NCBI GenBank assembly: GCA_009914755.4 | Contig: CP068257.2 | Coordinates: 29,600,001 to 29,664,000, forward strand | Direction of reading: 5' to 3' | Source of the DNA: the human T2T-CHM13v2.0 reference genome, Homo sapiens | DNA: 64,000 nucleotides | Shown: positions 58,495 to 64,000 of the stretch, piece after piece | Numbering within the stretch: the first letter of the stretch is position 1 | Layout: every line of letters starts with the position of its first letter | Notes under the pieces: generated by a model | Seen by the model: the letters and a program-made list of their open reading frames with translations, nothing else | Told to the model about the DNA's origin: nothing | Databases searched by the model: none | Program-made: the position numbers and the translations under genes

Positions 58495-59187
58495 TTAGCC
58501 TTATTACGAAGTCATATCATGTGCGAGGGCCAAAATCTCCCAGAATCTTCAGGAAGGTAGCACATCACCATTAAGGAGACATGTGCTGATATCCTCTGGC
58601 TCCTCTGAAATCATCTGGTGATAGCACTAGCGCTCACTAGGGACCACTAAATTCAGCTGTGCTTTTGCAACAACGATAATAACAAATTATCCCTTCACCA
58701 GTAGTTAATAAAACCGCACCATATGTAGAAGAAGAAAATTATAAGACAGAAGGGCTCATCTCCACCCACCACAAGTCAAGACAATACTGTGTATTGTGAT
58801 TCACCAAGATGCAGTAAACAAAAAAACACCTTTCCAACCATAACTGCATTTCTCAGTGTGGGTGATTTCAGACACAGCCAGGGTAAGAAGCCAAGAAATT
58901 TCAGTTCTACAGTCTGGAAGAATAAAGGCTAACAACAACAGGCAATGAAAAATTATTTTTAAAAAAGTTATACAAAACTTTTCTCCTCATAGATAGAAAC
59001 AACAACAACAACAAAAAAGCTTAATCTTCCAGAAACCTGTCTCTGGCCAGCTTCCAATCCAGAAAGTCTGCTGATGATGGAAGGAGCTCTCCTTAGGAAC
59101 TCATATGGCTATGACCTCCCATCTGCATCTGATCCTGCTGATCTGCACCCCCTCCAAAATACACACCCTTCCCTCAAATTCCATGCC

Positions 59188-59518
<331 letters not shown>

Positions 59519-60020
59519 TAACCCTCAGATATTCCTCTTGCCCCAACTGTAGGTTCTGCCCACAGCCTTCTACATGGCTCCATCTAGTTCCTTCCAGACT
59601 CTCCTTCTTCAGCACAAATCCCTCTTTCTCACCTCCTGGGATTATCCTACTGATGATCCACCACTTAGGGTCAAAACCTTTCACCCTTATGAGGGCAGCG
59701 TGATTGGTAAATGTAACATAGGCTTAGGATCTGAGAGACCTGATCCTAACCTGCCATTCACTGCATCTGTGACCTTAAGCCAGCCACTTAATATCCCTAC
59801 GAATCACTTTCTCCATCTGCAAAACAGGATACCTGCCTGCAGGTTTGTGCTGGGAATTAAGTGAGGCAATGTATGTAAACACACTTTTTCTTGGTATTTA
59901 GTTGGAGCTTCATGAATATTCATTTCTTTCTTTCCTCTTGTGTCCTTCTTCCCCTTGTTCTTCCCCCAAGGTCCCTGAAGTATCTTCTACATCTTGTCTC
60001 TTCTATTCCTACCCTTCTAA

Positions 60021-60803
<783 letters not shown>

Positions 60804-62868
60804 AAGATTTACTTTAAAGAATTGGCTCATGCATTTGCGGGGGCTGCCAAGTTTGAAATCTGCAAGGTAGGGTTGGAGACCCAGGGAAAAAATGATGCTG
60901 CAGTTTGAGTCCAAGGGCATCTGGAGGCAGAACTTCTTCCTTCTCGGGGACCTCAGTCTTCTGTCTTAAGATCTTTGACTGATTGGATGAGGCCTACCAA
61001 TGTTATGAAGGGTCATTTGCTTTACTCAACCCCTACTGATGTAGATGTTAATTACATCCAAACATAACTGACAGCAACATCTAGACATCTAGACTGGTAT
61101 TTGACCAAACGACTAGGCACCACAACCTACCAAGTTGACAGATCAAATGAACCATCATTCCCCACACAACAGACTTTTTCTCCAGTGCCTAGTAATGCCA
61201 TCAATATTAGCCAAAGGAAGAAAGAGAATAAAATGTATTCCCACAGAATGTCTACAATGCAATATCCAACAGGTGCTCCTGACAGACTCTCTTCCATCCC
61301 ACAAGGCCACCTGTCCTGTGCTCTGAAGGGAGGTCAGCTCAGGTGTTCCAGGTAGCCACAGTCTCCGGGGCATGAAGAGGTCGCTGCGAAGAGCGGCAAG
61401 TCTTGCAGAATGTCTTCCTTTCCATATATTTCAAGACAATTGCAACCATCCAAGCTTTTGTCTCTTGGTAGCCAACATCATCAAGAGTGGTGACTACCTT
61501 TTATTTCAACATGGAAAACTGCATTAAAATATATTTACAGATTGGAAAACACACATATCCAGGAACAATGTGGTAGTTTATACCACAGCTTCTGATTCTT
61601 GAAACAGCCGCTACTTTTAACCACCCTCCCTCCCCTCCCAACAAACATAAATTATGGAGGTCCTGGGTACATAAGCTACCCTGTTGGTGTTATTTCTGCT
61701 CTAGTCTTGGATCTGAAATCATCACCCTCTCCCACCTCTAAGCCAAGACTTCAAGCACACAGCATGGTGAGGGTGGGGGGTGTCCCCAGCAAGTCCTCAA
61801 TTCCAATGCAGCTGGGCTTAAAGTTCAGCATGAAAGGCCAGCAGTGGGGAGGGAGGTTGGAATGATTGTTCAACAGCCTCCCACTCCCTGCTCATGACTA
61901 ATGCATCATACTGGCAGAGCATTTCCTCCCAGCTAGTAAGAACTGACAAGTCACATTTAAACCAAACCAATGCCAAGAAGGCTCAGGAGGCACTCAGCCC
62001 CTCCAAGCCCTAACTATACCCCTTTCTGAAAATACCCATCTAGAGAGAAAGCAAGCTGAGAGTGTTGGCTTAGGAGTCCTTTCTAACTCTGCTTCTCCAC
62101 CACAGAGCAGGGAGTTTGAATTTTCAAGGGTCAAAACAAAGAACATACATAGTGGGTAAGCAATTGGCATTCCATTTTGAGCACCAGGGTAACCTGTTAA
62201 CTTCGGGAAAATCAGTTAATTTCTCTGTGGTTTCAGGTTCTTCCTCAGTAAAATTTAGCACCTAGTAAGGGCTTTAAAAATGTTGGGCTTCACAGAAAAG
62301 AGAGCCGTTGGGTATGGTATGTAAAGAGAAAAAACATGATTGTGGGCATCATTAATGTAGAGATTTATTTTTCCAGTAGTGATTTTCCATTCAAAATAGC
62401 ATCCATGAGAAGAAGGAGGGAAATTAATCAAGTGTATTCACTAAATAGAGCTTGGTGATCAAAATAACATCAGCCTTCTGGTTCTGCGGCTGCCTCACTC
62501 GCACAAGCACGGGGAAGGGGGCCCCGCACACGGCCTGAACGCATGTTGGCACCAGGGTGGCAGCTCTTGAGCCACCTGTTTGGTTCTGTTTCTCTCACTC
62601 CGTCCCCACACTCACAGGAACAGCCTGCCATCTGCGCTGCGCCACCCAGCACAGCTCGGTTTTCCATAAAGGTAAATAAGATCCTGACGCTAGTTTTCAT
62701 CTAAAAATTTCCCTTCAATTTATGGCTTCCAGACCTCCATCTCAATTCAACTCAACCCCATTCACTGTCACCATATGCTTAGCACCCACCTTGTGGATGG
62801 CATGGTTCAAGATTCCACACAGCATGGTAGGACAAGGAAGGTTTAAGACTTCTTAAAGGGTCTTAAAG

Positions 62869-63169
62869 GGCCAGGTGCGGTGGCTTACGCCTGTAATCCC
62901 AGCACTTTGGGAGGCCAAGGCGGGCGGATCATGAAGTCAGGAGATCGAGACCATCCCGGCTAACACGGTGAAACCCCGTCTCTACTAAAAATACAAAAAA
63001 TTAGTTGGGCGTGGTGGCAGGCACCTGTAGTCCCAACTACTCAGGAGGCTGAGGCAGGAGAATGGCGTGAACCCAGGAGGCGGAGCTTGCAGTGCGCCGA
63101 GATCACGCCACTGCATTCCAGCCTGGGTGACAGAGTGAGACTCCATCACAAAAAAAAAAAAAAAAAAAA
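62869..63169 (+). mobile_element. AluY-type SINE, about 20-nt poly-A, TSD ggtcttaaag
   Basis: ggccaggtgcggtggcttacgcctgtaatcccagcactttgggaggccaaggcgggcggatcatgaagtcaggagatcgagaccatcccggctaacacggtgaaaccccgtctctactaaaaatacaaaaaattag ... gagaatggcgtgaacccaggaggcggagcttgcagtgcgccgagatcacgccactgcattccagcctgggtgacagagtgagactccatcacaaaaaaaaaaaaaaaaaaaa; ggtcttaaag on both flanks. Confidence 0.93.
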
Positions 63170-63490
63170 GGTCTTAAAGATTATTTGGGTGGGTAGCAAT
63201 GAAGACATGAGATGGGGACCCCAAAAATGTAATCTAAGGCTCAAAAGTTAGGTGCCATACAATAAACTCAGAGGCTATGAAGAGGGAGGCATGCAACTTA
63301 ATGAAATTCTTTATGATGAACAGTTAACAGGTTATCCTAGTACTCAAAAGGAATACCAATTGCCACAGGACGGTAATAGAGCTGAGAGTCTCTACAATTC
63401 AATAGATGCCCTTAACAGGACAAAGGTAAAGAATACACGTACCTTTTGAGAATATGCACATTAGGATTCTCAGGTTCTTGACTCTGATTA

Positions 63491-63791
<301 letters not shown>

Positions 63792-64000
63792 TAACCTGGA
63801 TTTGATGATTATTCAGGAAAATAGTATGATCATTTTGGTATACTATTTAATGTATAATCAGAATACTATTGAAATCCTTGGGAAAGGAAACATTTCTATT
63901 TCTGGGGGTAATAAGGAGTATTTGGATATACTTTTACCCTAAAATCCTGGTATAGAAGAGAATACTCATTCCAAAAAAAAATATGCACACCTCAAAAGGT

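Overview
This window is primate (almost certainly human) nuclear DNA, not a prokaryotic or phage locus. The evidence is roughly 36 Alu-family SINEs (about 16% of the window), MIR elements, an old L1 3' fragment, two THE1/MST-type MaLR LTRs, microsatellites and canonical GT-AG introns. No operon, CRISPR array or defence-island organisation is present, so no novel system of the kind the prompt anticipates can be supported. The real biology is three consecutive minus-strand coding exons of TIAM1 (T-lymphoma invasion and metastasis 1, a Rac GEF; chr21q22.11 from established knowledge). They are 33692-34665 (ATG exon, MGNAESQ myristoylation start), 19402-19849 (PEST-rich exon that doubles as a CpG island) and 13148-13320 (N-terminal half of the PHn domain). 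Splice signals and phase continuity (0 -> 1 -> 0) fit perfectly, and introns of about 13.8 kb and 6.1 kb separate them. Most six-frame ORFs in the track are Alu, L1 or LTR translations, low-complexity artefacts, or alternative frames of the GC-rich exons. Secondary observations: a 30-nt U6 snRNA 5' fragment co-inserted with an Alu inside one 17-bp target-site duplication; a rearranged local tandem duplication; an Alu-Alu recombinant; closely spaced inverted Alu pairs; and several microsatellites or minisatellites. Further TIAM1 exons (5'UTR exons at higher coordinates, downstream coding exons at lower coordinates) may be present but could not be located by eye.
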